NCBI GenBank assembly: GCA_011620275.1
Contig: WOZK01000004.1
Location: 21,931-85,930, forward strand
DNA from: Candidatus Omnitrophota bacterium
GTDB lineage: Bacteria; Omnitrophota; Gorgyraeia; Gygaellales; Profunditerraquicolaceae
Length of the DNA: 64,000 nucleotides
Direction of reading: 5' to 3'
Below, in pieces: positions 9,478 to 21,045 of the stretch (positions are counted from its first letter, which is position 1; every line of letters starts with the position of its first letter). Both the position numbers and the translations under genes were made by a program. The notes below the pieces were generated by a model. The model searched no databases, was not told the DNA's origin, and saw nothing but the letters and a program-made list of their open reading frames with translations.

Positions 9478-9696
9478 AACTATATAATAAAGATTATACC
9501 GGCGCCGGGTTCTGCACCGCGCCGGTTTACCGGGGAAGGTCCGTTTCCTCTCCTCCAGCCGGTAATCGTCTGATTATCGGAATATCCGCCCGCCAGGCCT
9601 CCCTGGGCCGCGCGGAGAGATATCTGTCCCGGATGTAACCGCGGGATCTTATACAATAATTGCTCCGGCTTGCACTGCCTGCCGCAAAGCGGAAAG

Positions 9697-10065
9697 TCAA
9701 TGCTGGATCGTGTGCGCTTCCGCCTGTCTCTTTATGCTGAATATCCTGGAAGCCAGCGTGAGAACACCGCCCTCTTCCCGTCCGGCCGGCGTTCCGCTCG
9801 CAACGAAGCCCACTTTAACCACCCGGCAGGTATCCGGCATCTGGAACTGATCATCCATAGAGACCTTATTCCCTATCCGTATCAGGGAAGCGCTCTTCTC
9901 TATATTGTAACGCAGGACGTTGTTCTTATCGAGAAGTTCCTGGAAGGCTGATTGTTTCCTCTCACCCTCGTAAGCCAGGCGAAAGATCTCCGCCTGCTGA
10001 TAAACGTAGAGAACGGAAAAGACCGTACCTAACAATATGACGACTATTAATCGCGATATTCTCAT
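9697..10065 (-). CDS. ftsL: Cell division protein FtsL-like (small bitopic membrane protein)
   Basis: 122 aa with an N-terminal TM helix (LIVVILLGTVFSVLYVY). It lies between rsmH and ftsI. The call rests on conserved position and topology. Confidence 0.6.
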   Translation of the reverse strand: MRISRLIVVILLGTVFSVLYVYQQAEIFRLAYEGERKQSAFQELLDKNNVLRYNIEKSASLIRIGNKVSMDDQFQMPDTCRVVKVGFVASGTPAGREEGGVLTLASRIFSIKRQAEAHTIQH

Positions 10066-10066
10066 T

Positions 10067-10990
10067 TTACCGCCTTTCCGCCACCCGCAGCTTGGCGCTG
10101 CGGCTGGGAGGATTATCCTTTATTTCGCAAGTGGTAGGAGTCAAAGGTTTGTGCGTTATTATATCAATTTTCCCCGTCGAAGCAAGCTCCCGGAAAGCCA
10201 GCTTTATCGTCCTGTCTTCCAGAGAATGAAAAGAGATCACGCAGAGCCTGCCGCCCCGCTCAAGCAGGTCCACGGCTTTGTTCACCGCGCTGCCCAGCAC
10301 CTCAAGTTCCCTGTTGACGGCGATTCTCACCGCCTGAAAAGTACGGGTGGCCGGATGCAGACGCTGATGACGGAACCTGCCGGGGATAGCCCGAAGCACG
10401 ATATCGCTTAGCTGGCGCGTCGTGGAGATCGGAGATTTCTGGCGTTCGCGCACCAGCAGACTGGCTATGCGGTTGTGCCACCTCTCCTGCCCGAAATTGC
10501 GCAACAGCGACGATATTTCTTCCTCGTTCAGATTGTTTACCAGGTCGTAAGCCGAAATATAACTATTCCTGTCCAGCCGCATATCTAACGGCCCGTCGTT
10601 CTGAAAGCTGAAACCGCGCTGAGGATTGGAAAGTTGATAGGAAGAAATGCCCAGGTCCATCAGTATCGCGCCTGCTCCGGTCACACCGAAAGAAGCCGCC
10701 ACCTTGTCGATATCGTAAAAATTGCTGTAAGCGAGATCGAAAGAACCGCTGTAAGCCTCCAGCCTTTGTCCGGCTATCCGCAGCGATTCCTCGTCCCTGT
10801 CTATGCCGATCAGCCTCCCTGCCGGCATGATGCGCTCCATCATGGCCAGGCTGTGCCCTGCCGTACCCACGGTGCAATCAATGACGGTCATCCCGGATGC
10901 CGGACGCAAATACTCCAGGACTTCGTTGAGCATAACCGGATGATGAATTACTGGCTCCATAACCTGTTCCTGCATTACGCCTGTGATCAA
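10067..10990 (-). CDS. rsmH: 16S rRNA (cytosine1402-N4)-methyltransferase RsmH (MraW)
   Basis: HHPVMLNEVLEYL...DCTVGTAGHS SAM-methyltransferase motifs, 307 aa, directly downstream of mraZ. Confidence 0.9.
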   Translation of the reverse strand: MITGVMQEQVMEPVIHHPVMLNEVLEYLRPASGMTVIDCTVGTAGHSLAMMERIMPAGRLIGIDRDEESLRIAGQRLEAYSGSFDLAYSNFYDIDKVAASFGVTGAGAILMDLGISSYQLSNPQRGFSFQNDGPLDMRLDRNSYISAYDLVNNLNEEEISSLLRNFGQERWHNRIASLLVRERQKSPISTTRQLSDIVLRAIPGRFRHQRLHPATRTFQAVRIAVNRELEVLGSAVNKAVDLLERGGRLCVISFHSLEDRTIKLAFRELASTGKIDIITHKPLTPTTCEIKDNPPSRSAKLRVAERR

Positions 10991-10991
10991 C

Positions 10992-11429
10992 TTAACTCCC
11001 TATCAATCTCTCGGCGATCTGTTCAAAAGCCGGCTGGGAATTCCGGCAGAATTCCTGCCATCTTTCCTTATCCCATATTTCTATGCGGGTAGAGACGCCG
11101 ACTAACACGACTTCGTTTTTTATTCCGGCAAAATCCTTGAGGGACGCCGGCAGGAGTATGCGCCCCTGTCCGTCCGGCACTGCCTCAAAAGCTCCGGAGA
11201 AATAAAGACGGTTGAAGGTCCTGGCTTCCTGTCTGGTAAAAGAGAGTTCTTTAAGGCGGGACTCGTTGATGCGCCATTCCTCCTCCGAGAACATAAAAAG
11301 ACATTTCTCGAAGCCGCGGTTCAAGAAAAACTTCTCTATAGAATTGGCTTTCGCCGTTTCACGAAATTTAGACGGCAGGATAATACGCCCTTTGCGGTCT
11401 ATGGAGTGTTGATATTCTCCGTAAAACAT
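10992..11429 (-). CDS. mraZ: Transcriptional regulator MraZ
   Basis: MFYGEYQHSIDRKGRIILPSKFR matches the MraZ N-terminus. The likely true start is at 11429, with an AAGGA SD 7 nt upstream. The ORF-track N-extension is upstream read-through. Confidence 0.85.
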   Translation of the reverse strand: MFYGEYQHSIDRKGRIILPSKFRETAKANSIEKFFLNRGFEKCLFMFSEEEWRINESRLKELSFTRQEARTFNRLYFSGAFEAVPDGQGRILLPASLKDFAGIKNEVVLVGVSTRIEIWDKERWQEFCRNSQPAFEQIAERLIGS

Positions 11430-11441
11430 AGACCATCCTTT

Positions 11442-11504
11442 CCACTTTAAGCCACTTTGTTCCACCAGTATCCACAAGTATAACAAATTGCCTTTTAATG
11501 TCAA
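11442..11504 (-). promoter_or_regulatory. mraZ promoter: -35 TTGACA (11499..11504), a 16-nt spacer, -10 TATACT (11477..11482), then four GTGG direct repeats at exact 10-bp spacing (11442..11475).
   Basis: Near-consensus sigma70 hexamers read on the minus strand. CCAC sits at 11442, 11452, 11462 and 11472 on the plus strand. MraZ is known to bind spaced GTGG(G) direct repeats in its own promoter. Confidence 0.55.
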
Positions 11505-11764
11505 GGCAAAAATACACAGAAAAGCCTTTTTTTATTCTTGTTAATCGAAGCAAAAGCTGGGTTTAGGAACAAGTTCTGTTTCCTATTATGTCCAGATTGA
11601 GTCTCTCAGAGTTGATCCTTCAACACACCTTGGTAATGGGCCTATCGGGTTACTTCGGTTTGATTAACTGCGGATAGGAGATCTTGTATTGCGGCTTCCG
11701 GCTCCTCGATTTTTCTTGCTTTCACCATAGCCGTTAACACGACACCCGAGACCGGTTTTTCTAT

Positions 11765-12682
11765 TTAATTTTCAAGAAAAGACTCTCTTGCTTTCTCCGC
11801 GTCCTTCGCTATCTGTTTTTTCAAAGCGGCAACGGAAGGGAATTTTCTGTCTCTGCGGATCATGCGGAGAAAATTTATCGAAAGATTATGCCCGTAGAGG
11901 TCGCGCGCGTAGTCTAAGATATACACCTCGATGCGTCTTTCACTCCCCTTCCCCAGAGTCGGCCGCCTGCCGATATAACAGAGTCCGTTGAGCGGACGTG
12001 ACCGGCCGGGGATGTCCGGCAGGACATTCACCGAGTATACGCCGGCAGGAGGGAGTATCTCGTGATGAGGATCTATGTTCGCCGTCGGAAAACCTATCCG
12101 TCTCCCGAATCCGTCCCCCCTTATCACCGTCCCGTAGACGCTCACCGGCCTCCCCAGCATACGCTCCGCCTCGGTCAGCTTCCCTGCCTGAATGAATTTT
12201 CTTATCAACGTGCTGCTGACCGGTCTGCCTCCGCAGTGCATCCTTGGGAACACGCGCACCCCGAAACCCAGTTTTCGTCCGAAGGCTCTCAATAAACCTA
12301 CTCTGCCGGCGGCGCCTCTGCCGAAACGAAAATTATCGCCCACGTAAACATGGCGAGCGTTCAATCTCTTGTATATGATATCCCTAAGGAACTCTTCCGC
12401 GGTAAGCGCGGAGAAGGCCGAAGAGAAATCCAGCACGACGCAGACGTCTATGCCGCATTCTGCGATGAGCTTTATCCTGTGCTCCAGCGAATAAAGACTT
12501 TTCTGACTCTGCGGATGGGGATAAAAAGTCAAAGCCACCGATGTCCCGCCGGATGCCCTGGCCTTTTTCGCCGCCGACTCCAGTATGCGGCGGTGGGCAA
12601 AGTGCACCCCGTCGAAAACCCCTATCGCCACAACCGGAGCGGGACGGCGGAAAGAACGCGGCAGACACGGAAAAATCTTCAT
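11765..12682 (-). CDS. ribF: Bifunctional riboflavin kinase / FMN adenylyltransferase RibF
   Basis: N-terminal VVAIGVFDGVHFAHRRIL nucleotidyltransferase motif, 305 aa. Confidence 0.88.
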   Translation of the reverse strand: MKIFPCLPRSFRRPAPVVAIGVFDGVHFAHRRILESAAKKARASGGTSVALTFYPHPQSQKSLYSLEHRIKLIAECGIDVCVVLDFSSAFSALTAEEFLRDIIYKRLNARHVYVGDNFRFGRGAAGRVGLLRAFGRKLGFGVRVFPRMHCGGRPVSSTLIRKFIQAGKLTEAERMLGRPVSVYGTVIRGDGFGRRIGFPTANIDPHHEILPPAGVYSVNVLPDIPGRSRPLNGLCYIGRRPTLGKGSERRIEVYILDYARDLYGHNLSINFLRMIRRDRKFPSVAALKKQIAKDAEKARESFLEN

Positions 12683-13644
12683 AAGATCTTCCCTTTTACC
12701 GCCGACAGAACTTTCTTCACCGCTGTTTTCATCTCCCCGGCAACGGTGCAGCCGCTGGCAGTGGAGTGTCCGCCGCCGCCGAACATTCCGGCGATATTAT
12801 TCACGTCTATTCTGCCGCGCGAACGGAAGTTCACGCGGATACTCCCTTTGGCGCCGAAGTTCTCCCTGAAAAGCACGACCACCTCCGCCTCTTTGACGGA
12901 ACGCGCGTAGCTCAAAATCTGCTCGGTCAAATCCATAGACATCCTGCGCCTGGGCATCATGCTCCTCTCCACCGCGAACCAGACGAGTTTACCCGATTGG
13001 TCTTTCTTCATCGTGCCCAGGATGCGCGCCAAAGCCTGCATATCGGAAAAAGAAGACGCCTCATAGATCCTCCTGTAAACGTCGGCGGGAACTGCCCCGC
13101 AACGCATCAGCTCCGCCGCAGCGAGGTGCGTCCTGTCGGAGGTGTTCGTGTAACGAAAAGAACCCGTGTCGGTCATTATCCCGGTGTACAAAAGCAGGGA
13201 GCTCTCTTTATCGAAAGGAACTTTCATTTTGCGGTAAAGATTGTAGATCATCTCGCTCGCCGACGAACTGGAAGGCTCCACCCAATTGACGCTGCCGAAG
13301 TTCACGTTGCTGACGTGGTGGTCTATGTTCAGGACGCACCGCGCACCGCGCGCCGCCTCCCCCGCCTTACCGCACCTCTTGAGGTCGGAACAATCCACGG
13401 CGACGAAACAATCGAAACCTGAAGGCGGACGTTCCGGTGTCCGCGTTATGCGCGAAGTCCCGGGCAGGAACGAATAAACCTGAGGAACGGGGTCGTCGTT
13501 AATCACCGCCGTCTTCTTCCCCAGTTTCTCCGCCAGCAGGCAGAACGCCAAGGCTGCCCCCACCGCATCCCCTTCCATGTTCACATGCATGGTAACCAGG
13601 AAACTCCTGTTATTCCGTATGCACTCAACAGCTTTTTTCATCAT
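12679..13644 (-). CDS. nrnA: DHH-family phosphoesterase, NrnA-like bifunctional oligoribonuclease / pAp phosphatase
   Basis: DHH motif (NIDHHVSN) and DHHA1 GGGGH motif, 321 aa. Confidence 0.8.
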   Translation of the reverse strand: MMKKAVECIRNNRSFLVTMHVNMEGDAVGAALAFCLLAEKLGKKTAVINDDPVPQVYSFLPGTSRITRTPERPPSGFDCFVAVDCSDLKRCGKAGEAARGARCVLNIDHHVSNVNFGSVNWVEPSSSSASEMIYNLYRKMKVPFDKESSLLLYTGIMTDTGSFRYTNTSDRTHLAAAELMRCGAVPADVYRRIYEASSFSDMQALARILGTMKKDQSGKLVWFAVERSMMPRRRMSMDLTEQILSYARSVKEAEVVVLFRENFGAKGSIRVNFRSRGRIDVNNIAGMFGGGGHSTASGCTVAGEMKTAVKKVLSAVKGKIL

Positions 13645-13984
13645 CTTTACGCCCTTTCAATTCATTCAGTATTTCCTCGATATGCGTGCTGTATTCGCTG
13701 GAACGGTCCGCCTTAAATACCATCTCCGGACTGAAACGCAATTTTATCCTTTCGGAGACCAGCTTGCGGATGAATCCCAACGCAGACTCAAGCGCCTCGC
13801 CGCTCTTTTTGCGCGTCGCCTCTTCTCCCAGCACGCTGTAAAAGATCTTGGCAAAACGCAGGTCGTCGGTAAGCTCCACCCTGGTGATAGTGACAAACCC
13901 CAGCCTGGGGTCTTTCATCTCGTTATGTATTATGTTGCTCACTTCTCTCTTTATCGCATTGGAGACTTTATCGCTCCTGCTCAT
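13625..13984 (-). CDS. rbfA: Ribosome-binding factor A
   Basis: MSRSDKVSNAIKREVSNIIHNEMKDPRLGFVTITRVELTDDLRFAKI is typical RbfA. 119 aa. Confidence 0.85.
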   Translation of the reverse strand: MSRSDKVSNAIKREVSNIIHNEMKDPRLGFVTITRVELTDDLRFAKIFYSVLGEEATRKKSGEALESALGFIRKLVSERIKLRFSPEMVFKADRSSEYSTHIEEILNELKGRKDDEKSC

Positions 13985-15296
13985 TTCGGCCCGCTCCTTT
14001 CACTTCACTGTCCGCGGCGGCGTACCTGCGTATCAAACGGCGCGCCAGGGCCAGTTCATCCTGCCTGCTTTGCACTTCTCCGTTAAGCCTGGCCTCGAGC
14101 ACGGCGGAAAATATCCGCTGGTAGAGCGGACCCGGCCCGCAGCCAAGCTGATGTATATCTCTGCCGTTTATACGAATGGGCATCCCGTTATAAAAACAGA
14201 GGAAATCTTCTATGTTCTTTCTGAACTGCCCGCCGCCGTGTTTTATGCTCAAGAAAAGTATGCTTTCGTAACTCAACGGCTCGAGTATCGAATATATTTC
14301 CGACGGCCTGGCGCGCGCGGAATGAAGCCGCTTCAGACGCGCCGCGCCGAGCTGTTTGACGGCCAAGACTCTTTTTTCGTCGCCGCGGCGCATACCGAAC
14401 CTGCGGCAGAATTCCACCGTCTGGGCGGCCGTTAAGGCGTCCAGAAGGATCATCAGGTTGACCGCCCAGATATCCGGACGCCTGCGGTGCGGCAGTCTTA
14501 GGCTAAACCAGGCGTCCCTGGCAGGAACCTGCCTGAATAAAAAGCATTCTTCCCTGCCGAGGGAAACCCGCGGATGCAGGAAATCCAGGCCCGCCGTGCG
14601 TTCAAGCCTGCGCAGCTGTCTGCAGGGAAACTTCTCTTTAAGCATCAACAGCAGTTCGTCGCGCAGCCTGTGCGGATGCACGGAATGGAGCATCCCGGAA
14701 CCGGCGGCTTTTTTCAACAGGGACAGTGTTTTCGGCTCTATCCTGAAACCATACCTCTGTTCGAACCGGACGGCGCGCAGGATGCGGGTCGGATCGTCAA
14801 TAAAACTCTCCTTATGCAATACCCGTATCTTCCCTGCCTTTAAGTCGCCCAGCCCGCCGAAGGTATCGATCAACCTGCCGAAATCACCATCGTTTATGCT
14901 GACCGCCATGGCGTTGATCGTGAAATCCCTGCGGTACAGATCGTCCTCTATCGTCCCCGGTTTGACCGAAGGCAGGGAAGCCGGCATCGGGTAAGTTTCG
15001 GTCCTGGCGGTGGCCACGTCAACCTTCAGGCCGTCGTGCGCGACGGTCGCGGTCCCAAACCTATGGTGGTGAACAACATTTCCCTTGAGCAATACCGCCA
15101 ATTTCCGCGCCGTTTTCATCCCGTCTCCCTCGACTACGAAATCGAGGTCGTAGCTGTCGGCACGCAATAAAAGGTCCCGCACACAACCGCCTACCAGGAA
15201 TATCCTGCCGCCGCTGTCTTTCGCCGCTGCGGCCGCGAGACTAATCAACCTCGACGCTTCCAGCGGCATACCGCGTAATAGACCGTCTATCTTCAT
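13968..15296 (-). CDS. cca: CCA-adding tRNA nucleotidyltransferase / poly(A) polymerase family
   Basis: GGCVRDLLL and DYDLDF motifs. The likely true start is MKIDGLLRG at 15296. The ORF-track N-extension to 15383 reads through a repeat element. Confidence 0.8.
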   Translation of the reverse strand: MKIDGLLRGMPLEASRLISLAAAAAKDSGGRIFLVGGCVRDLLLRADSYDLDFVVEGDGMKTARKLAVLLKGNVVHHHRFGTATVAHDGLKVDVATARTETYPMPASLPSVKPGTIEDDLYRRDFTINAMAVSINDGDFGRLIDTFGGLGDLKAGKIRVLHKESFIDDPTRILRAVRFEQRYGFRIEPKTLSLLKKAAGSGMLHSVHPHRLRDELLLMLKEKFPCRQLRRLERTAGLDFLHPRVSLGREECFLFRQVPARDAWFSLRLPHRRRPDIWAVNLMILLDALTAAQTVEFCRRFGMRRGDEKRVLAVKQLGAARLKRLHSARARPSEIYSILEPLSYESILFLSIKHGGGQFRKNIEDFLCFYNGMPIRINGRDIHQLGCGPGPLYQRIFSAVLEARLNGEVQSRQDELALARRLIRRYAAADSEVKGAGRNEQER

Positions 15297-15324
15297 AATC
15301 GCTCCCGATTCCATAATCGTCTCG

Positions 15325-15530
15325 ATTCCGGGGATACGATACTTAATCCCTCGGCAACGGCTACGGTAACCAGCAGAATTCAACCTGTCTTTCCTCCCAA
15401 ATGGATACCACTATTCTTTCCTCCCCAATGGATGCCACCAATCTTTCCTCCCCTCGATGGGGAGGATGAAGGAGGGGTGATAATCTTCCCTATCCTCCGA
15501 TGGGAAAAACGAAGGAGGGATAATATTGAA
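15325..15530. repeat. Composite repeat. One 23-bp REP-like copy (attccggggatacgatacttaat) is followed by a CGGCAACGG..GGTAACC segment and a degenerate tandem array built around the hairpin TCCTCCCC-TCGA-TGGGGAGGA (family 2).
   Basis: Near-identical ~75-bp core (CTTTCCTCCCCTCGATGGGGAGGATGAAGGAGGGGTGATAATCTTCCCT) recurs at 55085..55160, and in reverse orientation at 52080..52160. Confidence 0.7.
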
Positions 15531-15629
15531 GCATCGACGAGACTAAAACAACGGGATCAGAGCCGATAATTGATATTCCTAAACCACGGCTAAAGCATTC
15601 TGAACCCACGCGCGCTAATCATGTATCAA

Positions 15630-16517
15630 TTACGGCCTAGGATGGAACATCTTATGCACAGATTTCAGCCGGTCTTTATTGATATGTGTGTATATCTGCG
15701 TCGTGGAGATATTCGAGTGCCCCAGCATCTCCTGGACCGAACGCAGGTCCGCCCCGCGCTCAAGAAGGTGCGTGGCGAAAGAATGCCTCAACAGGTGCGG
15801 TTTGATCTCTTTCTTGATTCCTGCCTTCAAGGCGTAGCTCTTTATCATCTTCCAGACCGACTGCCTGGAGAGACGCCGCCCCAGCCTGCTGACGAAAATA
15901 TAATCGCTCTGTTTCTTCCCGAGCATTTTCCGGCGGCTCTTCTCGAGATAAAACCTGATGCTCTCGACAGCCTTGCCGCCGAGAGGCACAACCCTTTCCT
16001 TGTTCCCCTTGCCGATACAACGCAGAAACCCGACATCCATGTTCACCGAACCGGTCTTGAGATCGACCGCCTCGGAAACGCGCATGCCGGTGGCGTAAAG
16101 CGTCTCCAGTATCGCCCTGTCTCGTATGCCGCGTGCCCTGCGCAGGTCCGGCTGCGCCAGCAAGGCTTCCACCTCCCCTACGGAAAGAGTATCCGGTATC
16201 TTCTTCCAGAGTTTCGGGGTATCTATCAACCCCGAAGGGTCATCCTTGAGCACCCTCTCCCGCACCAGGAAACGGTAGAACATCCGTATCGCCGCCAGCC
16301 GTCTCGCAATGGAATTGGAAGATATGCCTCGCGCCTTCTGGTCGGACATAAACTCCACGATATCGTTACGCGTGACCCCGGATAACGCGCCGGCGGAACG
16401 CGCGGATAAAAACGCCTCATATTCCTTAAGATCTCCCCGGTAAGAAACGAGCGTATTGAAAGACAGCCCGCGTTCCACGGAGAGATAATTCAGAAAGGTT
16501 TCCACCAACTCTTTCAT
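15630..16517 (-). CDS. Tyrosine site-specific recombinase, XerC/XerD family
   Basis: N-terminal SAM-like domain and C-terminal catalytic region (...HSFATHLLERGADLRSVQEMLGHSNISTTQIYTH). 295 aa. Confidence 0.85.
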   Translation of the reverse strand: MKELVETFLNYLSVERGLSFNTLVSYRGDLKEYEAFLSARSAGALSGVTRNDIVEFMSDQKARGISSNSIARRLAAIRMFYRFLVRERVLKDDPSGLIDTPKLWKKIPDTLSVGEVEALLAQPDLRRARGIRDRAILETLYATGMRVSEAVDLKTGSVNMDVGFLRCIGKGNKERVVPLGGKAVESIRFYLEKSRRKMLGKKQSDYIFVSRLGRRLSRQSVWKMIKSYALKAGIKKEIKPHLLRHSFATHLLERGADLRSVQEMLGHSNISTTQIYTHINKDRLKSVHKMFHPRP

Positions 16518-16550
16518 ATCGTGATTTTAGCCCCGGGCAATATCACCTGA

Positions 16551-17171
16551 TCAGCGTAAAAAAGGATTCTTCCTTTTCTCCTCGCCTATGGTAGTGCTTT
16601 CCCCGTGACCGGGATAGACCGGCGTGTCTTCGGGAAGCGTCAAGATCCGCTCGCGCAAAGACTCCAGCAAGGCATCCCCGTCGCCGCAGGGCAGGTCGCT
16701 CCTGCCTATAGTTCCGCGGAACAGGCTGTCGCCGCTGAGAAGAACCTTCCGCCCTTCATCTTCGCAGAGAAGCGCTATACCTCCCGGCGTGTGACCGGGC
16801 AGATGGATCACGCGCATCTCGACTTCGCCGGCGGTAATTACCTGGTTATCCTCGAGTTCCCTTATCTCCGCGGTAACGCTGAAAGGACTTCCCAGCGCAG
16901 CGGACATATTCAGCTCCGGTTTAAGCAGAAAAGCCCTGTCGAGCATGTGCACGTATACCGGCAGACCGAACTCGTTGTCACATCCGATATGATCGATGTG
17001 GCCGTGCGTGTTGATCACACATTCCGCCGACAGCTTGTTCTTTTCCAGCTGGCGCTTGATAACCTGGATATCCGCCCCGGGGTCTATAACCGCGGCCTTA
17101 CCTCCGGAATGCGCGGCCACGACGTAACAATTGGAATCAAGTTCCCCCACCACTATGCGCTCAATCAACAT
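16551..17171 (-). CDS. MBL-fold metallo-hydrolase (glyoxalase II-like)
   Basis: HGHIDHIG metal-binding motif and a later PGHTPG motif. 206 aa. Confidence 0.75.
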   Translation of the reverse strand: MLIERIVVGELDSNCYVVAAHSGGKAAVIDPGADIQVIKRQLEKNKLSAECVINTHGHIDHIGCDNEFGLPVYVHMLDRAFLLKPELNMSAALGSPFSVTAEIRELEDNQVITAGEVEMRVIHLPGHTPGGIALLCEDEGRKVLLSGDSLFRGTIGRSDLPCGDGDALLESLRERILTLPEDTPVYPGHGESTTIGEEKRKNPFLR

Positions 17172-17664
17172 TCTTCCGCCCCTCTGCGGCAGGAACCATA
17201 CTGTAGAGATAAACCGATAGTTCTTTTTTCAATACTTCAGCCGGATTCCTGAAACTTTCCACCCTATTGCCGTAGATATCCGCCTCGACCCCGCTGCGCA
17301 ATTTCAAAATCCTGTTTACATACTCCCGTGCGGCAGGCTGTTCGGCGGCACCGGCGATGCCGACACAGGCGCGCAAATGCTTCAATGACTCATCGAGGCA
17401 ATACAACTGCCGCTTACGGTTCCCTCCGGGAGAAAGCGCGAAAAGGAATTCATCGTACCAACTCCCCCAATATAGGAGATTCTGTCTGTAGAGCCCCTGT
17501 GGATCCTGTCCCGGCACGGCGTATTCCTCCGGGGCAAGCACCATCTCCACATCGCGCTCCACGGTCTTCTTACGGGTAAACTTTCTGGAAAACGATTCGC
17601 AGCCGACAGCCGCCAGCAGCGCCGCTGCCAGGACGGATATCACCACGCAATTAATTGAACGCAT
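17161..17664 (-). CDS. Hypothetical lipoprotein
   Basis: Signal peptide ending in lipobox AAVGC. No recognisable domain. Overlaps the MBL hydrolase gene by 11 nt. Confidence 0.45.
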   Translation of the reverse strand: MRSINCVVISVLAAALLAAVGCESFSRKFTRKKTVERDVEMVLAPEEYAVPGQDPQGLYRQNLLYWGSWYDEFLFALSPGGNRKRQLYCLDESLKHLRACVGIAGAAEQPAAREYVNRILKLRSGVEADIYGNRVESFRNPAEVLKKELSVYLYSMVPAAEGRKNVD

Positions 17665-17782
17665 CGGTTTTACCTCCGGTAAATAATATTTATGCTTCCA
17701 AGGCGCTAAAACTTTACCTTAAAGAAAAAAGTGTTGCAGCCGCCGCTCAGCACAAAAACCATGAACGCATCGAGGAGCAAAA

Positions 17783-20118
<2,336 letters not shown>

Positions 20119-20203
20119 AGGAGCACCCCGAATTTTAATTATAACACGATAATTATGTGAAGAGAAATCAATTCACAAATTAAACATTAAGCATTCCGGA
20201 ACG

Positions 20204-20533
20204 ATGGTTAAACCCATTCAATTTACCCGCAGCAGGCCATACCACAAGGACGATAACGCCCATGTAGAACAGAAAAACTGGTCTCATGTCCGACAGTGGT
20301 CCGGCTATCACCGACTCGAGAATCAAAAGATCGTTGCCCTTATAAATAACCTTTTTCCCAATGAATGGAGACTATTTCACAAACGTGCTTTCAAAGAACA
20401 GTTCTTTTACTTAAACCCCTTTAAACTACGTAAAGCTATGGAGAGAAAACTACAGGAAATCTTCACTCTTCACTTCGGCCGCCGGGCTTCTTACCCAATC
20501 CTCCTTCGGATACATTTATTAATGAGTCAATAG
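20204..20533 (+). pseudogene. C-terminal fragment of a DDE transposase (integrase-core RSRPYHKDDNAHVEQKNW tail). The N-terminal two thirds are missing.
   Basis: Only the integrase-core C-terminal segment is present. The region is AT-rich compared with its flanks. It sits in the islet next to tRNA-Arg. Confidence 0.5.
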
Positions 20534-20610
20534 TTTCGGCGCTCCACGCCCTAAAGGCCGCGGTTCGCTTATGATTTTGATAGGAAATTCTTGAAGGAAA
20601 GCAAGATCGG

Positions 20611-20943
20611 TCAGAAAAGAAGGGCCAGCGCCTGTTTCACCGTCTGGCCTGCCGCTATCCCGAGCTCGGCGGCTGCCGGACTGCATTCGCTTACTTTGAC
20701 TTCCAGAGCCTCTTCTATGTAAGCCGCGCCGGAAAATTTTAAGACGGCGTCACCGAATTTAACGGAGGCGCCCATATCGAGATAACCGCACATCCCGTAG
20801 CCCTTATCCGCTTTGAGAACAATAAAATTCCTGCCTCCCAGCGGCAGTTGCAAGGCGGTTATTTTATACTTCGACGGCGCTAAAACCGCGCCCTTAAAGA
20901 CGCGGATAATCCGGGTGCCGCTCAGCATCAAAATCATGAGCAA
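20611..20943 (-). CDS. Small protein of the DUF1805 / YunC-like family (GYGMCGYLD motif)
   Basis: KADKGYGMCGYLDMGA resembles the YunC GYIMCG core. The N-terminus overlaps a 45-bp repeat, so the start is uncertain. Confidence 0.5.
   Translation of the reverse strand: MLMILMLSGTRIIRVFKGAVLAPSKYKITALQLPLGGRNFIVLKADKGYGMCGYLDMGASVKFGDAVLKFSGAAYIEEALEVKVSECSPAAAELGIAAGQTVKQALALLF
20865..20910. repeat. 45-bp repeat (family 3), TATACTTYGACGGCGCTAAAAYCGCGCC.TT.A.AACGCGGATAAT, copy 1
   Basis: Near-identical to 27725..27770. It contains a GGCGC-N7-GCGCC hairpin and a TATAAA box on the gene strand. Confidence 0.5.
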
Positions 20944-21045
20944 ACCCCGGCCTTTAGGCCCGTGGCGCGCCGAATTGATTCCAGTTAATGTATTATATCT
21001 CTTATCAGCATCCCGAGATATCTACGCGGATGTCATCATCCCCGC

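Noticed and set aside
9478-9696. The 220-bp ftsL-ftsI spacer as an internal promoter. There is a 7-bp GC hairpin followed by TATAAT 19 nt upstream of the GTG start of ftsI.
   Set aside because: There is only a single -10-like hexamer without a convincing -35. It could equally be chance. It is noted under the dcw finding rather than called as a feature.
15384-15530. Tandem hairpin repeats (also at 51960-52160 and 55060-55215) could be read as a CRISPR array without cas genes.
   Set aside because: The units are degenerate and of variable length (27-45 bp). There are no equal-length unique spacers between identical repeats. No cas genes are nearby. Near-identical ~75-bp blocks recur at all three loci, which is repeat-element behaviour, not a spacer array.
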